Source: Cycas panzhihuaensis (lineage: Eukaryota > Plantae > Cycadophyta). Taken from it: a stretch of 64,000 nucleotides of DNA. The stretch lies in NCBI GenBank assembly GCA_023213395.1, contig CM041465.1, positions 31,441,741 to 31,505,740 of the forward strand, given 5' to 3'. The translations under genes and the position numbers were made by a program. The notes beneath the pieces were generated by a model. That model saw nothing but the letters and a program-made list of their open reading frames with translations, was not told the DNA's origin and searched no databases. Of this stretch, positions 27,101 to 39,741 are shown in pieces; positions within the stretch are counted from its first letter, which is position 1, and the number at the start of each line of letters is the position of its first letter.

Positions 27101-30038
27101 GATTAATGATAAGAGTGTGTTATAGCATCATTGATATAGTCACCTAAATTATGGTAGTCTTGTTAATCTTAGAAAGAACAACATGGTAATATAGAGAAAC
27201 AAAGATTTGTGTAAAGGTTATGTTTATGGGAAGTAGCATGGAGATTCATTTCTAGATTCTGAGCACCAATCTAAGCATTCTCTCAAGATTATACATATTG
27301 ACATATGTGGACTAATGAAGACACCATCCATTGGTAATTCCAAGTATTTTATGATTTTGGCAAATGATTATACAAGAAAATTTTGAGTATACTTTCTTAA
27401 GAAAAAATCAGAGACCTTGAGATTTATTGAATTTAGAACTATTACTAAGAGATAAAGTGGTTATAAGTTGAAAATCTTTCAATTGGATAATGGGAGAGAG
27501 TTTATTTCTAATGACTTCAAAGAGTTTTACAATAAATTAGGAATTAAAAGGCAATCATCAACACCTTATGCTCCTCAACAAAATGGTGTTGTTGAGAGAA
27601 ACATAAGGACTATTGTATATGATTAAGGCTAAAGAATTGCATGATGAATTTTGGGTGGAAGTAGTAAATATTGTTGTATATTTATTGAATAAAAATCCCA
27701 CTAAGGCCATAGTAAACTCAACTTCTAAAGAAGCTTGGACTAGACACAAGCTTAATATCAATAATTTGAAAGTCTTTGATTGTATAGTATATGCTCATGT
27801 TCCTACTAAAAAAAGAACAAAACTAAAGAGCAAGAGTGTGAAATCTATCTTTATAGGCTACTCTAGCAAACAAAAAACTTATCATTTGTTTGACCTAAAT
27901 ACAAGAAAGTCCTTTGTGAGTAGATATGTCAAATTTCATAAACATGGTACATACAAAATTGATGTGGATAAAGAAAAATAAATTATAATCAAGCCTATTC
28001 AGTATAAAAAGTGAGAGTCAGGTACTACTTTTAGCTCAAGACCTAGTACAAGTCAAGAAGAAGTTCTACGAGAGTTGACAAGAAGCCATAACATGCCTAG
28101 TTCAAGTGAAGATTCTAGCACAAGCACAAGTCAAGGTCCAAAATGGTTAGTGAGAAATCACAATACAGGTAATATGTTTGACACTGACTTTGAAAGAATA
28201 ACAACAAGGTCTCAAATAAAAGTGAATTATACATTGATGACACAGGTGATGCAAAATGATGAACCTCACATAGTTGTAGAAGTAGTTGATCATGAAAATT
28301 AGGTTCAAGCCATGGAGGCTAAATGTGATGTTCTTGATAGGAACTAAATATGGAATTCAGTTGAATTTCCAAATGGTAAGGAGGTTATTAGAACAAAATG
28401 GGTGTTCAAGACCAAGTATAAGGTTGATGGTTCGATCAACAAGTACAAGGCAATACTTGTTACAAAGGAATATGCAAAAAAATAAGGTATTGATTACAAA
28501 TAAACTTTAGCCATAGTAGCTAAGATGGACACAATCAGGAGTGTTCTGCCCTTGGATATACATCAGAGTTGGCCAATTCACATATGGATGTTAAATCAAC
28601 ATTTTTTAATGGATATGTTAATGAAGAAATCTATGTGTTCCAACGTATAGGTTTTTAAGTTCCATAGAAAGAAAATCTTGCCTACAAATTGAAGAAAGTG
28701 TTGTATGGATTAAAGCAAGCTCTTAGAGCATGGTATTCTATGATTGACAAGTATTTTCAAGATAAAGGGTTTTAGAAGAGTCCTTCTGATCTAAACTTAT
28801 ACATAAAGACTATGGATAATTCTATTCTGATCATTGCTCTATATGTTGATGATTTGATTCATATAGGGAACAATGATGATTTGGCCTAAGAATTTAAGAA
28901 AGATGTGAGTTTAGAATTTGAGATGACTGACTTGGGAGAACTACACTATGTTCTTAGTATTGAAGTATGACAAAGTGATAAAGGTATATATATATTGAAG
29001 AAAATCAAAATGAGTGATTGTAATGCTAACACTACAACTATTGAGGTTAGATTAAAGTTGAGTAAAAATAAAGGATCCCCTTTAGTTGATTCTACTTGAT
29101 ATCATTAACTGATAGGAAGTTTGATTTATCTCATAAATACTTGACCTAATATAGCCCATGCAGTTAATTTAACTTCAAGACTCATGTTGATCCTAAAGAA
29201 GAGCATTGGAATGCAGTAAAACATATTCTAAGATATATCAAAGGAATGTTAGATTATGGTTTATAATTCACATCTTTGAACGAGTGCAAGTTGACTGGAT
29301 ATTTTGGTATTGTTTGGGCCAATGATATTAAAGACAAGAAATCAATATCAGGATATATGTCCAATACAAGTTTAGTTGTGATTGCTTGGCATGCAAAGAA
29401 GTAACCTACAATATCATTATCTATAATGGAATCGAAGTATAAAGATGTTGAAGTTGCAACACAAGAAGCAGTTTGGCTTAGGATAATCTTAATAGACCTC
29501 CATCAATCTCATAGTAGATCCACAATCATTCATTATGGAAATCAAAGTACTATCTCAATGATGAAGAATCTAGTATTGTATAGTAGAGAAAAACACATTG
29601 AAATCAAGCATCATTATATTCAAGAATTGGTTCAAAAATGTCAAGTTAAATTGCAATATTACAGAATTGAAGACCAAATTATAGATATATTCAGCAAAGC
29701 CTTGTCAAAGCTCAAGAATTGTCGACTTAGAGAAGAATTAGGAGTCTTCCTAAATGTACATTATGGAGGAGTGTTAAAATATCTTGGTTTATGCTTTACA
29801 AGGCAAAGTATAACACACATTTGTACAATTAATTTTATTATAATGTTAGTATTTTATAGTGAGTTCCACACATAGTCAAATTATGTATTATAAATACACA
29901 CTTAATGTGTCATAGTATATGAAATTATAACATTATTCTAGTGTTAATCTAATGTACCTTAAGGGTACCATTGTGATTCGAGTGTCAATTTATTTTCATT
30001 TGTGTATTATAATTTTCTATCAATTTCATTTTTCTACA
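24124..30038 (+). mobile_element. Full-length degenerate Ty1/copia element J
   Basis: 267-bp LTRs at 24124-24390 and 29772-30038, TSD GTGAG/ATGAG, PBS tggtataagagc at 24391-24402, PPT ggaggag at 29765-29771. Confidence 0.95.
25789..29765 (+). pseudogene. copia gag-pol pseudogene of element J
   Basis: Gag from ATG 25789, integrase fragment 27613-27981, RH tail 29426-29765 (KHIEIKHHYIQE, EDQIIDIFSKAL). Confidence 0.9.
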
Positions 30039-31999
30039 ATGAGAGAATGGGAGCCTACAATAATACTTTTTTGAGTGATTTGAATTCCCCTTGATAAATA
30101 AAATCCCAAATGAATGAGATATTTTAATGACATGATCAATATATTGGTTGTATTTTAGAAACTAGGCCAATAATTAATCTTCATAAATAGTTGATTTTAC
30201 CTAAAAGAAATCTTATCTAGATGATGGTAAGAGATAGAGACATTTCTAATATCACTTTAATCTTATTAGGATCAATGTTTTTTTTTTTTTTTTAAATACC
30301 AAGGGAATAAACATCAACCCCACTCTATAATCGCCACTACAGATGTGAACCTTCATAGTAGTTGTCACGACTAGAACACTTGGATAATGTACAAAGTGCC
30401 TCTCTCTATACTTCATAGGTAAATTGTAAGGGATTTGACCTAGTGACCCTGGTATCAACACCATGGGTATTAACACCTATTAACTATTACACAACTACCT
30501 AGGGGGGCTTATTGGGATCAATGTTAATACCTAACACACTAGTAATAAACCCTTTCAACTTTTCAACTATTATAGTAAACACACCTTTTGTTGAGTTTAG
30601 ACAAATTAGATATTTGTTATATTTTTTAAATATTAACTTGAGGTCTTGAATATGATCAATTTACTTTAAGAAGTAACCATTTAGATCATCAACATATGTG
30701 TGCAACACATTACACAAAATTAAATCATGAAATATAATTGTCATGACTTATTGGTACAATGCAATTATGGTAACAAGTAAGAAAGGTATAACTTGATAAG
30801 CATAAATGCCCTAAGGGGTTATAAATGATCCTTTAATCTAATCATGCTTAGCTAAACAAGTTTGGTTGTAGCCAAGAAAACTATCTATTGAGAACATGAC
30901 TTCAAATCCAATAGCAAAATCCACAATTATTTCAATAAATAGTAATGGAAAGTTGTCTTTTGTATAGGCTTAATTAAGTTGTTGAAGATTGCCACACATG
31001 CAAATGGAACCATTCTTCTTCATAACTGATACAACATTCAAAATCCATTCTAGGTAATTGATAAGATAAAGAAGTTTAGTTTTCAAAAGTTTTTCAATTT
31101 CACTTTTAATCAATTTTTCCAATTGAGATTTGATAGGTCCTTTTTTTGGCCTAATAGGTTTGGCATTAAAATATATGATAATGTTGTGAACAATGATATC
31201 TAGAGCTATTATAAGCATGTCATTATATGACCAAGCAAACACCACTTGAAATTTTTAAAACAAATTTATATAAGCATGTTTTTCAAGAGGTGACCATTCT
31301 TATCCTAGTTTGATAATTTAAGGGGTCTATGATGCTATAATATCTAGAGTGTTTATATCAAATTACTCATATTTTAATTTTATGGGACCCTTCTTATTTA
31401 ATAAAATATTATATTGTAGAGAGATGAGTTGATTGGGTGACCACTCATTGTCGGAGTTAATTATCATCACTCCACTCCCACCTTCCAACCAGAGGAGCAC
31501 ACCTCATCATCTTCAATTTACACATGTGGGTGCTCAACATGTGTAGGTAAGTTAAGGTAAGTTTAATGTTGATTTAAGTTAATTTGAGTTAGTTTCATTT
31601 GAGTTAAGTTAGTATTATTTTATCATTAATTTAAATTTTAGGGGTTGAGGAATTTCCCTCCTCCCCCAAAATTATAAATATTAAAGGGTGTACAACCCTA
31701 GTGTCTTTAGATACTGCCCTCATTTGGGAAATTTGTAATGATCACTTCTTACAATGGATTGAATATAGAAGTTTCATGTGTTTATGCTACAACAATATAT
31801 TGATGTATTGATCTATTGAAGTTTATTATATATTTTGCCCTGTTCTTCTTGAATATTATTTTCTACATTTGGTATCAGAGTTACTTGGAGCTCCATATTT
31901 TTTTCAACATTTGGTATCAGAGCAGACGATTGTTGGCCTACTAAAATTTTTGCAAAGAAGGAAAGTTTATTAGCATTTTGAAGCAGATTTGCTCACAAG

Positions 32000-32800
32000 T
32001 AAAATATTGGTTACATTTATTTTCTACAAATTATTTTTCAGCAGTTTCATATATTTTTCATCAAGATTTACTTATTATTGAGTTATATTTGAAAAATAAC
32101 AAAGATATTTCAGATTTTTCATAGATTTGTGTAGATTTATGAAGGATTTCAGCTACAAGCTACATTTTTTCAAAGGTTTTTTCATATCTGAGTTATATTT
32201 TTTTATATCTGCATATCTTATCATATATTTGACTATTTTCAACAATATTTCTACCTATTTATCTAATATTTATACAGATTTGTGAAGGAGATCAATAGAA
32301 AGCTATATATTATTCAAGTTTTCTTCATATTTATGATATATTTTCTCAAATCTATATTTTTTTATCAAATATCTAGCATTTTTCAAGCAGATTTCTATCT
32401 ATTTATCAAATAATTTTCAGATATGTGAAAGATTATAGCTACATACAATATTTACTCAAGTTTTTTCTCATATTTGAGTTATATTTCTTTAAGATCTGTC
32501 TTATATTTTTTTAGATCTGTTACACTTACGTCAGATCTACAATATTTAGCTTAAGATCTATAATATTTAATAAGTTTTCTTCAAGATCTACATTTTTTAC
32601 TTTAAATCTACTATATTTCATTTTAGATCTGCTTATTTCAACAATTATTTTAACATTTTCTGGTATATTTATTGTAGGTTTGCAACATTTAGTTTAGATA
32701 TGCTATATTTCATTTCAGATCTATATTTTTCCATTATATATTTGACTATATTTTTAAGTTTTTTTATAGATCTACATTTTTTTTGGTATATTCAGCCTTC
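32000..32800 (+). repeat. Degenerate AT-rich tandem repeats (agatct-containing short units; ~140-bp units) in the F leader
   Basis: agatt.tgaagga...agcta recurs near 32131, 32274 and 32417; repeated agatcta/agatctg at 32490-32780. Confidence 0.6.
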
Positions 32801-33779
32801 TGGAGAAGCATAAATAGCATATCTCTTCTTTTAAGACCATTTTCTATTGCAAATCAGTTATAACTACGTTTTCCAGGTTCTTCAGATTCTTTTTCAAATT
32901 TAAACATATATTTTTAATATATCTGCAACATATTTGAAAAGATTTCAGAATACATATACATGCATTTCATTTGCTTGATATATTTTTATCAAAATATTTG
33001 AAATTTTCTGGTTCATTTGAACTCCATTGAATCGACAACAAAGAAAACTCATCATTTTTTCATATTTTTTTGTATAAATATATGTTTTTTTGAAATATTT
33101 CATCATATCTTTCTTCCTACATTTGGCATAAACTGACATACACATAGAGATACAGAGCCAAAAAGAAATAGAACTCTATTGTAATATGCATTCATCCCAT
33201 TAGAAGTTCATAAGATCTTGTTTAAATAAAAAAGGGGAAATAAATCCTTTATTTTGAAATAAACACATAAGATTCATTTTTAACAAAACCCCTATATAGG
33301 GCACTATATATATATTCTGGATTGCTTGTTCAAAGTATATAATATTAATAAATTGTTGAGTTGATAATCCTCCAAAATATTCTAATAAACTCTCAAATAC
33401 GTGAAAGTAGAAGAAACACATGAAGGAAGAGGAAGCGAAAAAGCTGTACGTAAATCTCAAGTCCTGAATAAGAGGAAGTGAATCCTAGAAACCCTTTATT
33501 TTTACTTCAAGGTTAATATACGGTAGCTCAGATTTGAGGTGCCTTAATCGCTTTATTCTTATACTGAACTCATCAATTATTGACATTATCTTTTATATGT
33601 CAAGTTCGACCCATAATGTGGTAGAAGTTTTTTTTGACAGCATCCTAAAAATCATCATAGACAGTGTATATTGCTGAATAGTTTTTCAATGCATGAATGA
33701 TATTTGAGAGTGCAAAGTGAGACTAGTATTAGATCTACACCTTCACATATATAGGCAATCACTTTGCTATTGCCATCTC

Positions 33780-34020
33780 ATCTTTCCTTCCTTGCAAATC
33801 CATTAAGAGAATATTATAAGTAACAACGTCAAACAACAAACCTTTCCTTGTAATTTCATTTTGTAGCACAATAGCTTCCTGTGTATTGCTAACAGTATCC
33901 ATCAATGATTACACTGTAAGTCGCAATAGTGGGTTTAATACCTCACTCCATCATTTTCTCAAACAATCATATTACCTTCATGCACATTACCTTGCTTTGC
34001 ATATTCATTAATTAAGGGCG
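33780..34020 (-). pseudogene. Captured P-class pentatricopeptide repeat (PPR) gene fragment
   Basis: Minus-strand translation with frameshifts: ALINEYAKQGNVHE..LFEKMME*GIKPTIATYSVIIDGYC..NTQEAIVLQNEITRKGLLFDVVTYNILL, about 2.5 canonical PPR repeats. Confidence 0.9.
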
Positions 34021-34124
34021 TTTCTGATTAGTGTTAAAGGCATAATCATTCATGTATTTGGATCCCTAGAATTGAGTCTACAGATCTCACCTCACGTTGG
34101 GGGCTCAGAATCTTGAAATACACC

Positions 34125-34268
34125 TCCAGTCCTCTGCTGATTCAATCCACCACTGGCTTCAATTATCAAATAACCATTGGAGTCCCTCTCAGATACAACT
34201 GATGCAAAATAAGGGATCGGATCACTACAGCCATGATAAAATTTTGAATATTTTGAATGCCATATATC
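34125..34268 (-). pseudogene. Captured plant O-fucosyltransferase-family (DUF246) gene fragment
   Basis: 48 open codons, DIWHSKYSKFYHGCSDPIPYFASVVSERDSNGYLIIEASGGLNQQRTG, containing the family motif GYL.I..SGGLNQQR. Confidence 0.9.
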
Positions 34269-36725
34269 GAGTGATCTAGCACATTCCTTTTATAGGTTAT
34301 TTGTAATACAGCATTGGATCTTTAGAAATGATATATAGGAATACTCGTTGGTAAATATTTTCTGGCTTTATTATTTATTGATGCTTATCCCAGAGAAAGA
34401 GAATGCCCAGGCATTCTAGATAGGTGTGGGAACTGTTCCAGTCAAGTAGAGGTCTCGTAATGATCGATATCAACACCAATACAATTAATATCGAGCCACA
34501 CAAAAAAAAAGAAAACGAAGGAATCCTCATCTATGACCGAATTTTCTGCTGTTGTTGTGCCATCACCATTACTCACACCAGAAATGCTTAGATAAAGAGA
34601 CTGTTTCGAATCACACTTCGCAAAAGCTTTCACCACACAGACCGAATTCTAGAGCTATGCATTTATTCATTGACTGTCCCTCCATTATGTAGAAACGGTG
34701 TCCTCTGATGCCTTTTCTGACACTCCTATTGCCATTACGAAACCTCCAATCAGCCTCTGCAAAATATTCTGCTCCGCGTCTGTATGAAACTGTTATATAA
34801 GGATATATTCCAGATTTAAAAAATACAATGGTTTTCTGATCCAGACACCTTCTATTTGATTCTCCTTAGTACCTTCGTTGACATAAGTAATTCATTTAGC
34901 ATGCCCGGTGGCACATCCTCCTTCTCCTCGAGCTCCGTTCAGGCCATATGCATGAGATCCTTCGCATCTAGATCTTCCCTCTACAAATGGCAGTCGTGGT
35001 AGGTGAAGTCTGAATAGGCGATGGCATTGCAGTGCAACGCCATTTTAAATTTGAACATTTTTTTATATTTTTTCATTTCTAAAGTTTAAAAAAAATTAAA
35101 TTATTTTGAATAATTTTTTAAATATGGGGTGTAAAAAGCCTAGCCCCCTCTTGAGCCTCAGCCCCCAGTCCCATTTAGTCACTACGTGACTGTTAGGGAT
35201 TATTAAAGGGGCCAGCACCTTTATAAACCTTTTTTTCTTTTTCTTTTTTTTTATTTTTTATTTTACATAGGGTTACTAGCATTTTTTTGCCATAACTCCT
35301 CACTAAGTCATCAGTTTCTGACAAAACTAGTTTCATTATGTCATAAATGTTTTGTAGATCAGTTTTGACTAGTCAGATGACCAATTTGAACCTTATTTGA
35401 CCCCATTTCAGCCGATTTAAAGTCAATCAGTCTTTTTTTTACCTTTTTTTAAACCTTTTACAAAATCACTTTTTGAAATGATTGTATTTTATTACTAAGA
35501 AACTATTTTCTACCCAAATTTATTCCACAATGATATACCTTCAACAAACTTTATTAACAACTATTTATTTTAATTTTTAGAATTTATTTTCATCATTATT
35601 TTAATCACCAAAGTGGCACTTTAGTGGTTTTTAGCACTTTTAAAACTTTTTACCATAAAAGTACATGTCGCTAATTTCATTGTAACTTCTCTGTTTTACA
35701 TCAGAATTTAGTCCCGTTAGTTTCGCTGGGAAAGTGACTCATTCCCCTTTGATATGGCATAGTTTTTTATATGTTTTAACATATTTTTACTAATTTTCAA
35801 ATTGCTCAAATTAGAGGTACTTAATTACCTCCAACATGCCATTTTTACACATTTTTATATATATTTCTCAAAAATTTTCAGCTGAAAGTATATTGCGTAG
35901 TCTTCTAAATAATATTTAATCATTTTTCAGTATTTTATAAAGTTTTATTAGTAAGTTTATGTTTTTTTGAGCTCCATGCTCCCTTTAAGCCCAAAAAAAG
36001 AGGCCTATACCTTTGATTCATAAAAAATTAACTTGTAAGAACCCATTTTTAAAACAGTTAGTTCCATTAGATAGATATTTTATTAATCTCCATATTGGTG
36101 AAGATTTATATTCTTCTGATATCATTTAGTATATTTTCAAAGTAGCCAAACTTGAGGTTATCCTCTAAACCTTCTTTTAAAAAGCGTTTCTTCATACTCC
36201 TTATCTTTCAAAGTAAAATATACATATATTTCAATTTTTTTCATCATTGTATATTATCATCAAGGCTAAGGATTTACTGCATTAAGAGTTTATATTTATT
36301 CATTTAAAACTCGAAAGGTTAAGATCATTTTTTATCATCAAAGTTTATTTTAAATTTGCTTAAGATATTTATTATATTCAAATTTTCTCTTATATTCATT
36401 TCATTTCAAAGTTTATTTGAAAAGCACACCTATTGAAAAGCCATTTTTATCATTATTGAAATGATCATTTCCTTATTATGTTTAGTTCATATATTTTACA
36501 AAGGCATACATATATTGAAAGCATTTATCATTATTGTAAAGATTATTTTCTTATTGCAACCTAAAAGTTGCATCCTCTTAATTTAACCTGTAAAAGCATC
36601 TTTCATTTTTTAAAGGGCATTATATCTCCTTTAAAAAGTTTATTTGAAATCATATAAATTCATTCATTTATTGACTTCTTAATTTGGTAAAAGCATACCT
36701 TTTATGTACTAAATTTTTTTTTTAA

Positions 36726-37431
36726 ATGACACAATTTCCTATTTTCGATGGGCACAAATTTTCACTTTGGTATAATACTATGCAAGACTATTTTATTGAA
36801 CATGATCTTTTGAAATATTTACAATATGAGTGTAATCTAAGTATTAAAGAAAATTTTAGAAAGGATGATGAAGTTTTATGATTATTATTTTGCACTATGA
36901 ATGATGATATTTTTTCAAAGGTTTTTTAATTAACTACTTTTAAATCTGTTTGGGATGTATTGATTTCCACTTATGGGGGAGATACCCTCAATGTATTCGA
37001 TGATATTTTTGATGAGCATATGAGACATATGACAGAATAGGTGAATCATAATGACAACACTCATGAAGATTCAGATCAAATGCAGGACCAACTCAAGTAC
37101 CTGATCCTCCATTTGAGGGGGAGAATGAATCTTATAACATGATGGAGAATGAATCTTATGATATGATAGAAAAGAGACCTAATGATATGACAGTCAAAGT
37201 TAAATTTCCAGAAATTAAAGTTAAAGTTGCAACTATTCTTTTTTGTACAAATCAAGCATCATTTACTTACAGTTTTTTTACATCATTCTATGGTAAAGAA
37301 ACATATGTGGCTATAAGGATGAGAATAGTTGATAAAGATCAAGATCAAAATTTTAAAGTTTTTTTCAAATACAAGTTCCATAAGTTCAAGGAGAAGATAC
37401 AAGTATTTGTGATGACCATTAAGGGGGAGAA
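36726..37431 (+). pseudogene. gag: Short copia gag N-terminus fused to an RNase H-tail remnant (element F)
   Basis: MTQFPIFDGHKFSLWYNTMQDYFIEHDLL...FKSVWDVLISTYGG, ending KFHKFKEKIQVFVMTIKGE at the PPT. Confidence 0.75.
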
Positions 37432-39741
37432 TGTTGGAGTTAATTGTCATTAGTCCACTCCCATCTTCCAACCAGGGGAACATACCTCATCATCTTTAAT
37501 TTATACATGTGGCTGCTCAACATGTGTAGGTAAGTTAAGGTAAGTTTAATGTTGATTTAAGTTAATTTGAGCTAGTTTTATTTGAGTTAAGTTAGCATTA
37601 TTTTATTATTAATTTAAATTTTAGGGGTTGAGGAGTTTCTCTCCTCCCCCAAAATTATAAATATTGAGGGGTGTGCAACCTTGGTGTCTTTAAACACTGC
37701 CCTCATTTAGAAAATTTGTAATGCTCACTTGCCATAATGGATTGGATATAGAAGTTTCATGTGTTTATGCTACAACAATGTATTGATGTATTGATCTATT
37801 AAAGTTTATTCTATGTTCTGCCCTATTCTCCTTGAATATTATTTCCTACATTTGGTATTAAAGCTACTTGGAGCTCCATATTTTTTTCAACACTCATAAA
37901 GTTGATAGGTTGATAATAACCACTCACCACTTACATAGGATCCATTGATCAACTTTATTAATTCACAAAAGGATCCTATATTGAGTTGGCCTATAACTAA
38001 GTTGAAGTTTAGGATTCTTTTAACTATCTTACTCGATAAATATTTCCATTAGGGATCTACTTCTATTGCATTGCTAGGGGCAAGAGTTAAAGGACCTAGT
38101 TTCTAAATTATTAACTATTCAATTATACTTTGAAGTTCTTCTTTATGCACTCTAATTTCTAATAACATCAATTATTTCCTTAATAAGCATTAGGTTACCC
38201 TTTTCGAAATATTTAAAAGTAGGGGCTAGTATATCATCTAGTCCATAAAATTATGATGATCAACTAGTGGATCTAATTTGTAGGATGCCACCTATATTAG
38301 AGATATCTAATTAAAAATAATAAAGATCGAATAAAACCATTGAATAGTTGACACGGGTTTTAGGTAGAATTAGTCTACTTATATGTTTCAGTTTTCATTC
38401 ATTAGGAATGGCTCCACTCTACACATAGTGTACATCCATATATATTTATAAATATAAGTAGGATTAGTAATGGTCCAAATAAGAACTCGTAACTACCCTA
38501 ACATGTCATAACTGCATTAAGGACTTTTGTAACTCCTATGACACATCATCAAGCTAGTGATGAATTGATGACTCACCAATACAAATTTATTCTATGTAAA
38601 TATTAGTTTCTAATAAGGTCTATTAATGTTCATATCATTGGCTTTAATGTCAATACAAGATCTCAATTTATCCAACTTTCCTCTAGCTAATAGTTTGGTG
38701 AATATATCTTCTAGTTGCTCTTTTATTGATTTATATACAAGCTTAACCTTTCTATTCTAAATATACTTCTAGATGAAATGATGATACACTTTAAGGTATT
38801 TGGTGTAATCATAGAACACTAAATTCTTGATAATTTTTAGAGTACTTTGATTGTCATAGTACAATATAGTTACCTCTTCCTAATAAAGTCCTAAATTGCC
38901 AAGCACCTATCTCAATTAGATGGCCTTATAAGTTGCTATAATAGTAACTTTATATTCTAATTTGGTGGATAACAATGTAGTATTAGGTTACTTTTCATTG
39001 TTCTAAGTAACAACAACATAACTCAAACTGAAGCAATAACCTGAAATGTACCTTCTATTATCTGCATACCCAACTTAATCAAAATTTAAATATCTCTCTA
39101 GCTAAAAATTATCATTTTGACTAAACTCTAATCTAAAGTATAATGCCCCCTGTAAATATCTTAAGATCCTCTTTATAACTTTCTAATAGCTCTGCTTTGA
39201 TTCTACCATGAATCTCAATACTATACCAACTACAAAAGATATGTCATGCTTGGTTGTAGTTAAGTAAATCAAGCTACTAATTAGTTGCTTAAACATTGTT
39301 CCATCAATACATTCCTTATCATTTAGAGTTGTTAAATCCAAATATATTTCCATTTTGGTTGGTATAGGTTCATATTCCTCTGTTTTAAACTTTTTTAGAA
39401 TTTTCCATGTATATTTAGCTTGTGGAATAAAAAATTTTCTAAGCTTTTACCATAGTTCAACTCTAAAAAAATAGTGGAGCAATCCAAGATATATTATCTT
39501 AAAGATTTGTTTAAGATCACTCTTTAGGATTCTAACCTTTAAGGTATCATTCCTTGTAATCATAAGGTCATCCACATACAGCACAACAAAGATGATTAAA
39601 TTTCCTTCAACCTTGATATATAAGCTTGGATCAGTTGACAACCTCTTAAACCCATTATCCAAAAAGTATTGATTGATCTTAGGGTACTAAGCTCTTAAAG
39701 CTTGCTTTAGACCATACAAAACCTTCTCTAAGTGACATACC

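Larger units (their letters stand above)
31449..37892 (+). mobile_element. Non-autonomous copia-derived LTR element F carrying captured host gene fragments
   Basis: 461-bp LTRs at 31449-31909 and 37432-37892, TSD CTCAT, PBS tggtatcagagc at 31912-31923, PPT aagggggagaa at 37421-37431. Only a short gag and RH-tail remnant is present. Confidence 0.95.
23464..38295 (-). mobile_element. Fragmented Ty3/gypsy (Tat/Ogre-like) pol remnant K, interrupted by J and F
   Basis: RT N-terminus FAWSYNDM...EWILNVVSVMKKNGSICMC (30970-31245) and RNase H-like NPLKYLLTKPDL near 23850-23880. Pieces lie at 23464-24118, 30044-31443 and 37898 to about 38295. Confidence 0.7.

Noticed and set aside
32000-32800. CRISPR-like repeat-spacer array
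   Set aside because: The repeats are degenerate AT-rich units with no constant repeat or regular unique spacers, there are no cas genes, and the context is eukaryotic.
34097-34279. Plus-strand 60-aa ORF as a gene
   Set aside because: It is the antisense shadow of the O-fucosyltransferase fragment.
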